Positions 22,639-45,600 of a DNA stretch of 64,000 nt are shown here, one piece after another. A program made the position numbers and the translations under genes. Position 1 is the stretch's first letter, and each line of letters opens with the position of its first letter. Location: assembly GCA_040954595.2 (NCBI GenBank), contig CM082583.2, positions 6,198,849-6,262,848 of the forward strand, read 5' to 3'. The notes under the pieces are model-generated. The model did not search any database, was not told where the DNA came from, and saw only the letters and a list, made by a program, of their open reading frames with translations. The stretch comes from Balanoglossus misakiensis (Eukaryota > Animalia > Hemichordata).

Positions 22639-24849
22639 GCCTATCGCGATGAGGATAACTGCGACATTGAATTGTACTGTAACAGAAATCTGATTTGTTT
22701 TCCATAATTATCGAGTGTCTTATATTCACTCTGGTCTGTAAGCAGCATGGCTTGGCCCCTATTCAACCCATGACATCGCATACCTGCACAAACAAACTGC
22801 TGTGCATTGAGACTTGTGATTTTTCCATAGTCTATAAGGTTTTAGTTAATATATTCAACTTTCTTTTCTTTTCTTCGAGAAGAATGTAGTGGAGCTTTTA
22901 ACCCTCGCATTGGAACAACACATTATAATTGTACTCAACGCTGTCGCAGTTTTACAGAATGGGATACGTACACCCAACGAGTGACGTGGTTTTGGACTCC
23001 ACAGTTCACTCAAGAAGACGGTGGAAATCGCTGAATTAGAATTTAGATACATGTAGGTCGTTTTTATACCTACGTAATTTTAAAGAAAATCTCAAATAAG
23101 TATTAATCGAATGGAAGTCAGTTCCTTATGAATGAATCGATATAGTTATGGATACTTTATTTTTAATAATAAATAAATCGAAATTTGGGTGAAATGGTCG
23201 AAATGCGTATTACTCCCTTTATACTTTGCTCTCTGTGTGTTCTTCACACATGTAGGATATCTGCGCATGATCGAATTTGTTGCAGCTGTTCTGTAATGTG
23301 ATATAATTTTCTAAGTTGACACGTGTTCAGTGTTTTTTGGTCAGTCGGCCGGGCGTTCAACTTCCAGTTCAGGGCATTCAACGCGCACGGACTCTCAAAA
23401 ATCCCCGCCCCTTTGACCAGATCGCAAACAACAGCGTCAGGAATCGTACGCTATGTACCTCTCACCCGGTCGCCCAGGACGCGAACGTCCCACCAAGGAC
23501 ACACTCCCACCGCGATTTACAATATCGCCAATTCGCTGTCTACATCTTGAGTTTGCTCTACTCGACCTTGCGCTCACCCCATCCATAATTGACCCAAATC
23601 TGTCACTATGTCCCTTTTCAGAACGAGAAGCCAGCAATATATTTGAACAGCAGAAAAGGCCCTGTGTGTTCTTTTTATCTCTATTTTATCTAATATCCAA
23701 AACTAGAAGACTTCACTTTCATAATCTAAGACCCTCTCTCCCATCAAATCCTAGATATTCGTCTGCAACAGTCATAAAAAACTCTTATAATTTTCTACAA
23801 ATGAAATGGCATGTAATAATCAATGTTTCAAAGGTGCCAACAATTATGACCCGTCGGTACTGTTGCAACCGCGTGGTTTATCGTTCAATATGATGGTTAT
23901 ATTTACAGGCCATATCAGGAGGTACTGGGTCAGTGATAAACAAACACCGTCCCAATTTGTACACTGTAAATCCATGTCGAATAACTCAACAAGAGTTATG
24001 AGAGTGATGACAGCCTGACTCTTAATGATATACTAGTACTCCTAAACGATTGTATATGGTACCAACCCACTAGTGCTTGCAGAAACTAGCTGTAATGTTT
24101 GAAATATACTCGGTAAAGTCTTCAAACGCTAAGAAATTGTCTTCTTTGGGGGGCGCACTTCATATGGCTCGGTCTGAAGTTCAAACTTTTAGACAAGTTG
24201 GTTTGTCTGATGCTGAAATTTAAAGGAAACTTGTCTTGATTGAAATAAACGATCAGGAATCATTGTTTTGAACATACGCAACGCATCCACGTGACACTGT
24301 CAATGCGCCATGTTATGTAAATTAGCGCGGTAGCACCTGCTCATCTATTTTCGTCTACGCGCATTTACATTTTGCTGAGCCATATAGTGGTGAAAAAAAA
24401 CTTAGGAAACAAGGAAAATCCTTCTCTCATGTTTCTGCCATATAACCAGTAGTGGTGGCCATGCATGACTCCCCAAAAGGTAAATGCGCGCAGACGAAAA
24501 TAGATGAGCGGATGATGGATGCACTGAATGAATCTCTCTATCGTGGATATTTCATGCAACTCCCGTTGATGGAGCCCGAGAACTGGTAAACTGAAAGCTG
24601 CACCAACTCTTGAAGTCACAATGTACATTATATTCGCACAGAAAATGAACTTTATCTGTAGAATGAGTTAGGTTCTGGTTTTGTGTACACTCCCCGCACA
24701 GTAGAGTATACTGGCGACCGCCATCCCTTTCAATTATTGGAATCTTCCATCTCTCACTTACTGCCAACCCGAACACGAACTGATAACCGCCGTGTTGGGT
24801 TAAAGAGCGACGGTCGTTCTGGCTAAGGATCGGCATCTTGCAAGGGGAA

Positions 24850-34489
<9,640 letters not shown>

Positions 34490-36390
34490 GAAACATGTGG
34501 GGGAAAAATATTGGAAACCTTCAAAAATTCCTTCGAGGAACTGCTATACGTAGTTTTATTTTTTCTATTCAACATGTTATACGAGTGTTCAACCACTTCA
34601 CGGTTACTAGAAAATCTTTTTCTGGCAGTCGTGGTTCAACTGTCTTCTCCTGGCGAAGTTATCATTCTTTCGTTTTGTATTTGTTAACTTAGTTTTTGTC
34701 GTGATAGATTTTGATTATGACGCCGCTTCAATAACCGTACAGTACGTTGACGTGCTGGGGAGAAGTTTCACTGATAATATTATGCCTAATGTTACGCGTG
34801 TGCGTACGGCAGGCGACTTCGGCAGACAGACACCCGTAATGTCCCGGGACATTCCGCAGCCTTGAAACAAAGCACAGGAGACAATCACGTTATAAACATT
34901 TCGCAAATTGTCCTTGAAACTCCCAAGAATAACACTTGTAATCATGTTGACTGCTCTATATGATAGAACACGACTAGTGAATCATAGAACATTTTCACCG
35001 TTTCACAAATTTGAATTCATTGACCTTTTCTGTCATCAATAAAACGTATTGTAAATCAACATTAACTGCGTCGGTTCTTGGGTTGCCATGTTACGTACTG
35101 TCCCTGTAATTTCAGGGACTAGGCTTACGCATTTCATCGGGATCGTGTCAATAGATCTTCCTCGGGTTTCTGCGTCAGGTCTGGGCCTTCAACCGACTGC
35201 AGTCACCATTAATCAACAACCGTTGATGCTAAATCGCGACCCCCAGACACACGCGAATAATAATTCAATTCGGGGTCTCAGCTACCGTCTGTCTGGAATT
35301 CCGATCGTTCAGCAGAGCGTACATGTAGGTCAGAGGTTGGTTGGGGCACACTTAATACAAATGTTATGAACGTCTTGATCAGCCTGGCAACTGCCCAGTA
35401 CTTTCTTCGCATGCTCGGCTCAGCCAAAAGGAGAATCCCAAGAAGGTGGGGGGAGGGGGGACTGAGGGATGAGAAAAGATGCAGAGAGACGAATGCGCAT
35501 TCTATGGATGGCTCTCACTGCTGTCACTTGTATGAACGTAATGAAGCACTGCAGTACTTTCAAAGTAAAACCTGGTGTGATGACACTTGAGGTGCAACCG
35601 ACTATACAAGAACATATCGCTTTGTGCACAAGCAAAAGACAGCAGATATGAGATTGTGTGAGAAATCACGGATGACAATGTGAACCTGAAAAATTGGAAC
35701 GAAAAAAAACTGCTGTTTTATTGAAAGGCAAACACCTGCTGAAAGTTGGTGCCAAGGTGTGTTGTGTGTCTGATGTAAGACAATGATATGACTGATGTAA
35801 ACTTTACATTGTACAATATACAATGTACAATACACGGACGTCAGACAGAGGAAGCACTTGGCACTAATAAGACTTGAGATTTGCTCCAGACAAAAATTCT
35901 GGCGAACTATAGTATAGACCCTCTCAGCTGCAGCTTGGTCGTCGTCTGATTCACATACTTCAAGCAGATTCCCTTTGGATTCGAAGTTGAGTAATTAGCA
36001 CTTTCCAAATATACACACACCGAGTACACTTTCCCCGGGTAAATTTGAATCGTATACATACTGCTAATCGTGGGCCCAAGCTTTGCATTGTGCCGAAAAT
36101 AACAAGACTATGAGAAGTCAAATGGTTGACCAAAATAAGTCGCTGAGGTAGAAGTACTCCAATGTGACAAATTAATCTTTAACGAAACACAAAAAGTTCC
36201 AAATAAACACCTTCCCCCGTTTTTTTTCCTGGACAGCGCTAAAAAAGGACAAACAAAGTTGACCATCTAATAATAGAGGAGAAAAAGTGAAAATAGAGTC
36301 CCAAAACTAAAACTGACTGCCAATTCCTAGGTTGAAACAGCCTCTTGCACTGAACACCATGTCTTTTTTTTTGCTTCTTGTGGCCAGACT

Positions 36391-39300
36391 TTATTCCTTT
36401 GAATGTTTGAAGAGGGTCTTGAGTTCGTCGTCGGTGGTTGCAGTGTTCTTCTGCACCAATTCTTCGTTACCCGCGGTGACACCCCAACTGTCGGGTGCGG
36501 ACAAGCTGGCCGAGAAGGGACGTCCTGTACCGGGCTTCAAGTTCTCCCAGTAAGAACGGCGGGCTCTGAAATCGGAAATTTAAATAACCCCAGTTAGACA
36601 CTCTCTCATCAACCAAACATTGTTTCGGCAGTTGATTTTTGCTTTTTTGGGGGGGGGGGAATTTTTACTCGGTTATCTTGAAAGTTTTGTCAACAGCCAT
36701 TTTCTCCGAAATTTTAAACTGAAATTTTGGTGGTCTGAATTCCAGGCTATTTTCAGTTTGTCTTGTATCCTATATACCAACAGGCACACAATGCTATCAT
36801 ATTTGTATTAAGAGTATAAGAGTAGCCTACAAGCAGCTTGGTTCTACGAGATATGCAAGTATATTCCATCACGACAACTCTGAACACCCTTACCTGGCTC
36901 TGACCCAAGGTTTGGTGTGGAGTCTCAAGCCATCACCCCAAGGAGCGTGCTTCTCCGAGGCAGCCGGCAGGAAACCGCGCTCGGGGGCCAGCTCTTCCGA
37001 TATCGCCCGGATGTGGTACGGCTCGAACCCGCAGCACCCGCCGATGAATCGCACGCCCAACTCGTAGGCGTCGCGGGCGTATTTCTGGATTTCCCAACGG
37101 GTGCAGACACGTGGCTCAAGAGCTGAAACACCACAAAAAGAGAAAATAAAATGAGGCTAAATCGCAAAATTCTTAATTATTTTAACTGATTATTCTGTTA
37201 GCTCAAACTTCACGTGTATTTGTAACAGAACATGCAACGCAATTCACAATCATCTACACTGACGTGAAGAAACAAAAATCCTTGTTTTTATCGCTTCGAC
37301 GACAAAAAATCCACATCCTCGTCGATCAACTCACCGAATGGAAACTCAGGCAGATCGATGAAACCCTGTCTGTTCACATCGGGAGTGAGATAGCCCAGGG
37401 GCTGGATCATGAGATGGACCTTCAGTCCCTCGGCGTCGAGGGCGCTTTTCATCTTCCGGATGGCTGCCAGACTCGTTTCGGGGTCGAAGTGGCAGTTCAC
37501 ACCGACTATGTCAGCACCTGCAGTACAAGGAAGAGTGGAGAAGTCATGAATGATCAAGCGGAAAACATCCGTGCATCAAACAAGCTAAGTGTCTTTTTCA
37601 GAGTTCCCAGGATCAAGAACATGGTACATGAAGATGGCATCTTTTTTTTCGGAGAATACAAAACTGGAATTGCACGTATTAGTACCTGCTTTGGCTAACT
37701 TGACTGCACAATCGCCGGTGGAGACGCCGTGCAAATCACCATCTGGGCCGATACAGAGACTGCAGGCCACCGGTTTGCCGATTTCTTTGCACACTTCTAC
37801 GGCCCATTCCGCTTCTTCCACATGCTCAAAATACTGAGGAAAAAAAATAATAAAAAGAGGTAAATAAAAGCATTTATTACTGAGGTTGGGTGGAAGGGTT
37901 TGAACAGTTACAATACCACAGATCGAAGAATTGACAAGAAGCAGAAGGCATGAGTTCATCATCGATGGAAATATGGCAACTAGGGTCTTGCGGACAGATT
38001 TTCAGAAAAATGACGGTTCTTTAAACCTTTCAATTCGGCAAGTTTATATGTATAATAGAGCGGTCCCACACTCACCTCAGCAATCATGAAGTCTACGTTA
38101 TTGTTCTCGAACACTTTCATCTGTTTGCGGAATTCCCCCTGTGTGTGCTCCTTGCCTTTGCCGCTGAGATAGGTGGGTGTCTGGGAGACGCCTCCCGCCA
38201 CCAGGGCGTCGCCTTCGTTTGCAACCTCCCGGGCAATCTTGCAGGCAGAATCATTGACGTTGTAACCCTGTGTGGAAGATAAAAAAATGTTTTTCAAAGC
38301 GATCAAAGACTGCACATGCAGTTTATAAAACTAATGTTTATTACAACGTATATCATGGCTGATGTAAGGTCTATACGTGTGTATGTCCATCATTTATTCA
38401 TCCCATCAACTGCTGCATTCCCTTCTGCCGTGCAAGACGTCTTGAAAGTGCTCAATATCACCGAATTTCGAAGTAAAACTTGACGGCACCCCACAGATGA
38501 AAAAATTCAGCAAATAATCAAAACTCCTACTGAAAAATCTAGGATAATCAGTTTATGACTTAATTACCAGAAAATCTTCATATCAACCACCAAAGTTTCT
38601 TTGAGAAAATTTGGATATTTCACCAGGAACTTTGTGTGAGCAAAACGTAATCATTTCACATTTCGAGGTCATTTGGGTTATAAGCTCACGAACACAAACA
38701 TGTGGTGGTGCAATTGTTAGGTTTCAGATCGTGCAGTAAAGGTCAGAGGGGAAACACTTACAGTCATTTTCTTGGGGTCAATGTTGCCACGGTTTACGAG
38801 TTTGTCGTCGCTGGCGTAGAATGTGAAAGTCTGCATGACGTCCGATCCCGACCGCAGAAATTCTCGGTGGAGTTGGCGAACTGAAACGGGATTTTCACAA
38901 CAACAGCAAATAAATTGTCAGTTTTCAAGGATTACGGAAGACATGAAAATAATAACTAACTTGGGGACCTTGGCAAACACTGTTGGCGTAATAAATTGCA
39001 CTATATAAATTGCATTGGTCATTGCTGTTGCTGTGTATATGCAAATCAGTTGGGAAATTAACCCATTTTAATCGCAGTACTAAAGTTCTTTCCGTCCAAA
39101 ACTAACAACACATCCATCCGGGAAGGTCAGACAAGAGATATAGCCCATACTGATTTAGATCATGAGCCTCAGCGCAATCAACAAATTTGTCGGCAGTGTC
39201 ATGTGTGCTTGATAACAGAGGTCACAGGAAGGTCAAGCACCATGATAGTAACCGACCATGTACAATAACAGAATATCAATTTGTTCAATGACTTATCAAA

Positions 39301-42060
39301 CCATAGCTTATCATTTAAACCACTGTGACTTTTTTTCAAATGCATATTTTAAGCTTTTTTTCTTGGTGGTGATTACGCTATAATTCCATTGTTCACGTGT
39401 TATTTCAAGCATTTGATAAATTATTTTCAGTAGTTAAATTTTATGCATCAACTGTATTTCACTTTTCTGTCTTCTGAAGTACACGGAAATGAGCAGGATT
39501 GAACTTGTAAATCAAATGTGAATATGCACAGTGCATTGTTATGAATTTTAGCCAAGACAAAAATTCAATTGTCCCAAAAAACAATGCTGGTTACATGACT
39601 ATATGCATACAGGAAGTGTTGCTGAGATGAATAAAATCTATGTTTCAACATGCTTTACGAAGGAAACAAGAAATCAATTAATTGGACAGAGAAAAATGCT
39701 GGGAAAGATTCATCCAAAACTGCATATACCGCCCCTTCAATACACAATGTAAAAAGCCAATTACAAAAAGTGATGAATCAGCAGTTTTTCCCCCACCACA
39801 TCTGAATATGATCACCGTGGCATTTTAGCATTGTAGTGGGGGAGGGGGGGGGGGTGTACAGAAAAATGCCATGCCACATCAGCTGTGCAATCTTATCAAA
39901 GGTGTATGGGGTGATATTGTTATATAACTCACAAAGTTGACCATAAGCTCAGTATTTAATTGTCCTTTAAACTACATACATATATCTGGCTTAAGGCTGC
40001 AATATTTGCATTGTGAAGAAAATGGGAAAAAAAATACTCTTGAAGTTATTCAACAACCAGAGAAAATCTGAAATGCGTGATCTTACCATCACTTCAATCA
40101 ATGCCATATGTGGCAGTCAAAATGATCAACAATGCAATGTTGACTCTTACAGACATTTATCATTAATACAGTAGCCTTCATCCCCAAGGTCATGTCAAAT
40201 AAGTCCAGTCTTAAATTTTCTGGGAGATCTCACCTGCTTCAGGATTTTCCACAACAGCTTCGGGTGTCCACGGCCCAGCCTTCACGTATCCTCTCTTCTC
40301 CAGAGCAAACACAAAACCACCATCTCCGACCACAACTTCGCCTTTGTTCAAACGTTCCATAATGCCTGAGCGCTTTCCCTCCTGAAGTTCAAAAAAAAAA
40401 GTTTGGCGAATGAAAATAAAAACTGAAGCTGGTGGGATACTTTTTGTGGTTCCTAAATTATTGAAACCCTGTGTGCATAAGCGTGTACAATCATACCTTT
40501 TGTGTTCCATTTTTCACTGAAGCCATCTTCTACACAGATACTCGGGTCTTGGACTGAGAACTTGGAGAGAGAGAGGTTGGTTGTACCGGTGACAAGCTGG
40601 GCCAAAATGCACCAAACTAAACTTGTCATACACCTTATGTGAAAACCGGTGACCAACCACCCTCTAATACGATGCCGTGATTGGCTAAAAAGCTTTCGGA
40701 CAGCTGCCAATCAAGCCTCCATCTCTCCGCCCACTGCACGCTTCTTTTCAAGGTCACGCAGTGGCTGATTGGCCCGCCATAAATCTTCTGAGACTAACCT
40801 AATTAGCAGTTCATTGACAGCAGCAAAGTTCATCAGTTTGTTTTTGTTATTAAAGCTCAGTTCAGTGGGAGGGACATCGTGTATTTCATTGCATCAGAAG
40901 ATTTACAAAATTATGCATGGGAATGTTTTTGGCAGTGGTCAGATCTAGACATTGGCATTATTAGCATCTGGCACACATTACTTTTCAAATTTAGATTAGG
41001 TGGCATTTACAATCTTATTTTCTCAGTCACAAAACCATTTTTTCTCGAAACTTGCGAACATTTTTTTGTGGAACCCAAGTTGACAATCACAAATTTTAAG
41101 CTTTCACAAGTTTCAATCGTTTGGTATGTATTTAGACATTTTCTCCCTGTTTAACAGCATTGTATACACCATAGACCCTAGAGACCACACCCTTATAAAG
41201 GGTGGCTTGACCCACATGGTTTCACTATGAAAGTTTGAGTATTTAGCACCTAGGTTTTTGTCGTGCCAATCCTCATCTTATATTCTAAAACACGGTACAG
41301 CTGAATGTCAGTGTGGCCGTTTATATTATGGCAAGGGATACTGACACCAGCGCATTTGCTCCACAAGTCGAAGAGTATCTGAATACTAAAACTTCAAGGA
41401 CAATCTTTGTGATGTGAGCCGACATGTAAATTGGCAGCTAAATGCACAATACACGCAGGGAGTGTCGGGCTCTCGCTCTCCTTACAGTACAACTTTTCGG
41501 AAAAGCGAAAGCCCCTAAAACTTCTCGATTGTTGAAACTGCAATGTGTGCGGTTGTATAAAAGGTGCTGTGCTGGAGTGTTAAAAGCAGATATAACCGTT
41601 CTGTGTTTGACAGTAAACATTCATTCAAACATCCATGCATGCCACACCTACAAAGCTTCGGTTATTTCTGGGTCCATTGACTGGAATCTGAGGAAATGGT
41701 TTGTTCCCATATATTGGGCATTGCAACAAGTTTCTTGCAAATTCCCAAATATGCGCATGATAAACACTCAAAAGTTAAACTCTATGACTGAAAAAATATC
41801 TCTTTTCGGCCTTATTTATGTTCTAAGGTGGCGCAAAAAGATTTTTTTCATTCGAAAGTGATACCTGTGACCTAAGGTCATCAAGGCCCATTCAAAAGCA
41901 CGAGACATGTGATAGAGTGACCAAAGCATGTCCACGCAAAACTTATATGGAACCGATCAACCGTAAAGGTAGACGCTGCTTAGAGCCCCGTCCGTCCCCG
42001 AAATTCAATTGAAACATTTAAGATCCTCACCCGTTTGGGTTTCTTTGCCTCTGTTGCCAT
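36391..42060 (-). CDS. BHMT: Betaine--homocysteine S-methyltransferase
   Basis: 8 exons (minus): 42060-42031 ([10 protein letters not shown]), 40381-40234, 38880-38762, 38267-38076, 37833-37686, 37517-37335, 37122-36894, 36565-36391 (TAA). Motifs [51 protein letters not shown], zinc ligands GVNCHFDP and [12 protein letters not shown]. Confidence 0.96.
40497..40526 (-). CDS. BHMT: Probable alternative first coding exon (1b) of [14 protein letters not shown]
   Basis: gaagATGG start context, 30 nt, phase-0 donor AAG|gtatga compatible with the exon 2 acceptor at 40381; CCAAT motifs about 150-250 bp upstream. Confidence 0.55.
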
Positions 42061-42672
42061 GATCGTGGTGGTGTGAAACGTACGACGAAAAGGACGTACA
42101 CTGCAAGAAGGCAGACGGAAAGCGACAACCGTGAGAGCAGCTACCAGGCGCATCTCGCTACTTTTTGCACACGATCCGATATACGTGTGTTCTTAATAGC
42201 AAGCTGATACCATCCCGCTCACTTTTCACTTTCCCTCCGAAAGTACATTTTGCGTCCCCCCTTTTTAAGTGTTATCATTAATGCGAGAATCCGAGCGCCG
42301 TGGAAGTTCAGTGATCTACTTCGAGCGAAGGGAAACAAACATTCGACCGTCTATCAGCGGCAGATACCGTTATCTGTCGAGCTGATTACAGAACTTGGCG
42401 GGGAGTGCGCGCGGTATATTCAACCGCCGTAAACAGTGCAGCGCACACATGTTGGCTTTCAACATGTGCTTTGATTGACAGTTTATAGGGGGGGACGTGT
42501 CCTTGGGAAAACATAGCGTGTTGGTCGCCCATCTCGTGTCATATACGGTCCACAGCTGAAAGAGGGCTCCCTGTCTGACAGCGGTTTTGTTGTGGACGTC
42601 TTTGCAAATTTCCGCGGCTGGTCGCGGTTGATCACTGTGTGGTTCTTTTGGGGGAGAAATAGTCGACGAGAA
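42061..42672. promoter_or_regulatory. Putative bidirectional promoter shared by BHMT and DMGDH
   Basis: Only 612 bp between the divergent start codons; CpG-richer than the flanking introns. Confidence 0.7.
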
Positions 42673-45600
42673 ATGGCCCTACTCAGGACGTCTGGGTGGT
42701 TGAAGGCGTTCCGTTCGTGCCTGCTGCGGGCTCATCAAGTCAAGGTGACATCAACGGCTAGCCGGTCGACGAACTCACAAAAGTAAGTAAAAGTTCGCCC
42801 ATGCACTGCAGAACCTGATTACATGTAAATGAACGCATCGCACAACATACAGAAACCCAGGATCTAGTGCGCGCTTTAGCCTTCAGGCTGGGTCGAGTTT
42901 GTCGTCGAAGATTGACAATGTGGCAGATTTGCTACCGACCACCCTTTTTCATCTTCAGATTTTTGAGGAGTTCTTTTTACAGGCTTCTAAATTGAGGTCA
43001 GCGTTCACTAGCAATATAAATGAAGCGCTTTAGTAAGGCGAGACTCTTTGTAAACATGTAAACTTTTTTGGATGAACATTGGTGGGCGTGGTCAGGATAG
43101 AGGGACCTGCCCTTCCAGAAGAATACGCACCAGTAAGTTAGGGGCTCAGGGCGATGACCGGGGGGGGGGGGGGGGGGGGCGATGGCATCACATTGGAGGT
43201 GGGGTGAGGGAAAGATACCATAACCTCTCCCCCCCCCCCCGATTTTGGTCATTTATCCATTGTCAATCAAATTCTTATGAAAATAGCATTGCATCCAAAT
43301 TCTGCTGATTCAGGGATTAAAACTTACAGACAAGATACAATATACCCAGGTGTGGTATCTATGTTTAATCACGATATGCACTGATTAGAAATCAGTCTGA
43401 TTGAAAAAAGTCCTTCAGGCTGGCCATCATTGTGACCTTTACTGATATTTAAAAACAAATTTCATACCAGTTGATTTATTTTATGTTTATGTGAGATATT
43501 AGTTTTCTTCTGCTTTTTGAAAAAAATGGCTAATATATTCACTCATTGTCATCAATTAAAATCAGTCACACACTCTAGTAGCTCATACTGTATAGGTAAG
43601 CTATGAGGACGTACTTATGGTCTATTAGAAGAAATATACAGGTTCAGCTAGCTCACTACCAAAAATACTATCCTATTGTCTTCCCTATTCTGTTCTCTCC
43701 TGACCACTCCTCTTTAATAATTCATTTTAGGAAAACAATATACAATATAAAAATTCCATTGTTATGCAAATTAGCAGATCAAAGTAAATTTCTTCAAGGT
43801 GTTGAAATCAGTAGTGGAAGGTTGCAAGATTATAGTATACAGTGACTCCATTGTCATTATTGTAATCTCTAAATGAACAAATAACACCAGGTTAATTTTC
43901 AACAAAAGAGCGATATGATTGTCTCTTTATAAGAGTGTCACAAGCAGAGAAACTAATAAACTGAATGATATAGATGTGGTCTCCACAGACAATAGACTCT
44001 CCCGCTCTACAGTCTATTGTTCTATTTAATTATTTAATATTCCACTGATATACCACATGCAAGAATTGAAAGGCATGTTGGGAACTCGGGTTTTTCTATA
44101 CAATTGCAAATTCAATGATCTGGTTTGATTTTTTTTTCATCCCGAATCCAGTGACGGCACAAACGGACAGTTGAAAAAGCGACCGAAAGACACGGCCGAG
44201 ACACTGATCATCGGTGGTGGCTGCGTCGGAGTCAGTACGGCCTACCATCTGGCGAAGGCGGGAATGAAGGATGTGGTTCTACTGGAGAAGACTGAATTGA
44301 CCGCCGGATCTACCTGGCATGCTGTAGGTCCTTCGTGTTGACCTTTGTGCCTCACATTATCATTGAATTTGATATAATTGTTTTTTTTTTGTCTGAGATA
44401 ATTAATAAACACCTGACCCTGTTCTAGCCAATTGACAGTGACTATGTAGTTAGACCCGTTAAGGGAAATCCTCATAATGTATTGAGTGGCAGAAAATTTA
44501 AAAAAGAAAAAACTTACCTGTTCTCTCCCCAAAATCAAATAATTCTTACACTTTCTAAAATCTATCCTGCATTGAATTGGCTTTCAATATACCGATAATC
44601 AAAAAGTAGGCCAAGAAAATGGCGACTTTTGAAATAACCGTCTCAGTGCAAACAAAACTTGTTTGCATCCTGATGATATATTTCTCCAAGTCTTAAAAAC
44701 AAACATGATATTTCTTATATGTTATTGGCACAAGAAGATTTTGGATAACCCCTGTACATGCTACAAATCATACATGTATGTCTGTAATCTGACAACTTTG
44801 CATCTCAAAGGTGACCCTGACCAAGTTGTTTTTCATAGCAACTTTATGAATTTATTATCAGATAATGTGTATTTGTTTTGTCAGCAAAACTTGGATAACT
44901 TGATGGCCTGAATGCAAATTAACCATGTGTGCCATATTATGCATAGCTACAAGTAAAGTAAAAGCTCGATGCTCAGTTTCATTTGTTACCGGTACTTGCA
45001 GAGTTTGATATCTTTTCCCCTCTTTTTCCAAATCCTGACAGGCTGGTCTGACAACCTTATTCCATCCAGGCATAAATGTCAAGAACCTCCACTACTACAG
45101 TATTAACTTATTTGAACAGCTGGAGGCTGAAACTGGCCAGGTAAGAAAAAAAATTACTTCTCCTCTATGAAGAGAAACTGGTTGTTCAGTAAAGAAAAGC
45201 GTATTTCCGAAAGTACCTGGTTATTCCTCGAGGATGATCGACACCTCAAACTCCATATATTTTGTACGTACTGAGTGCTGATTTTTTTTGAACATCTAAA
45301 TTCCTTTGTTTTTTCAGCAAGTAGGTTTCCATCAGCCAGGAAGCATCCGTCTGGCCTTCACACCGGAAAGAGCGGATGAGTTCCGCTACCAGATGCAGAG
45401 GCAGGGATGGAATAAGGCACCGCAGTGGCTGGTGGATCCGGACGAGATACAGAAAATGCATCCATTGTTGAACATGGATAACGTAAGTTTGTTTTTATCC
45501 AGCCGGTAGCAATTCAGTTTTCCTGAGAGAAAAGATTCAAGGCACCGTTGCTGTATGAATACCATTAATATGATCATGGACGTTTAATAGTGCAAGTATG

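Noticed and set aside
40382-40510. ORF-track N-terminus MEHKRYDC... for BHMT
   Set aside because: Mostly read-through of intron sequence upstream of the polypyrimidine acceptor at 40382; not BHMT-like.
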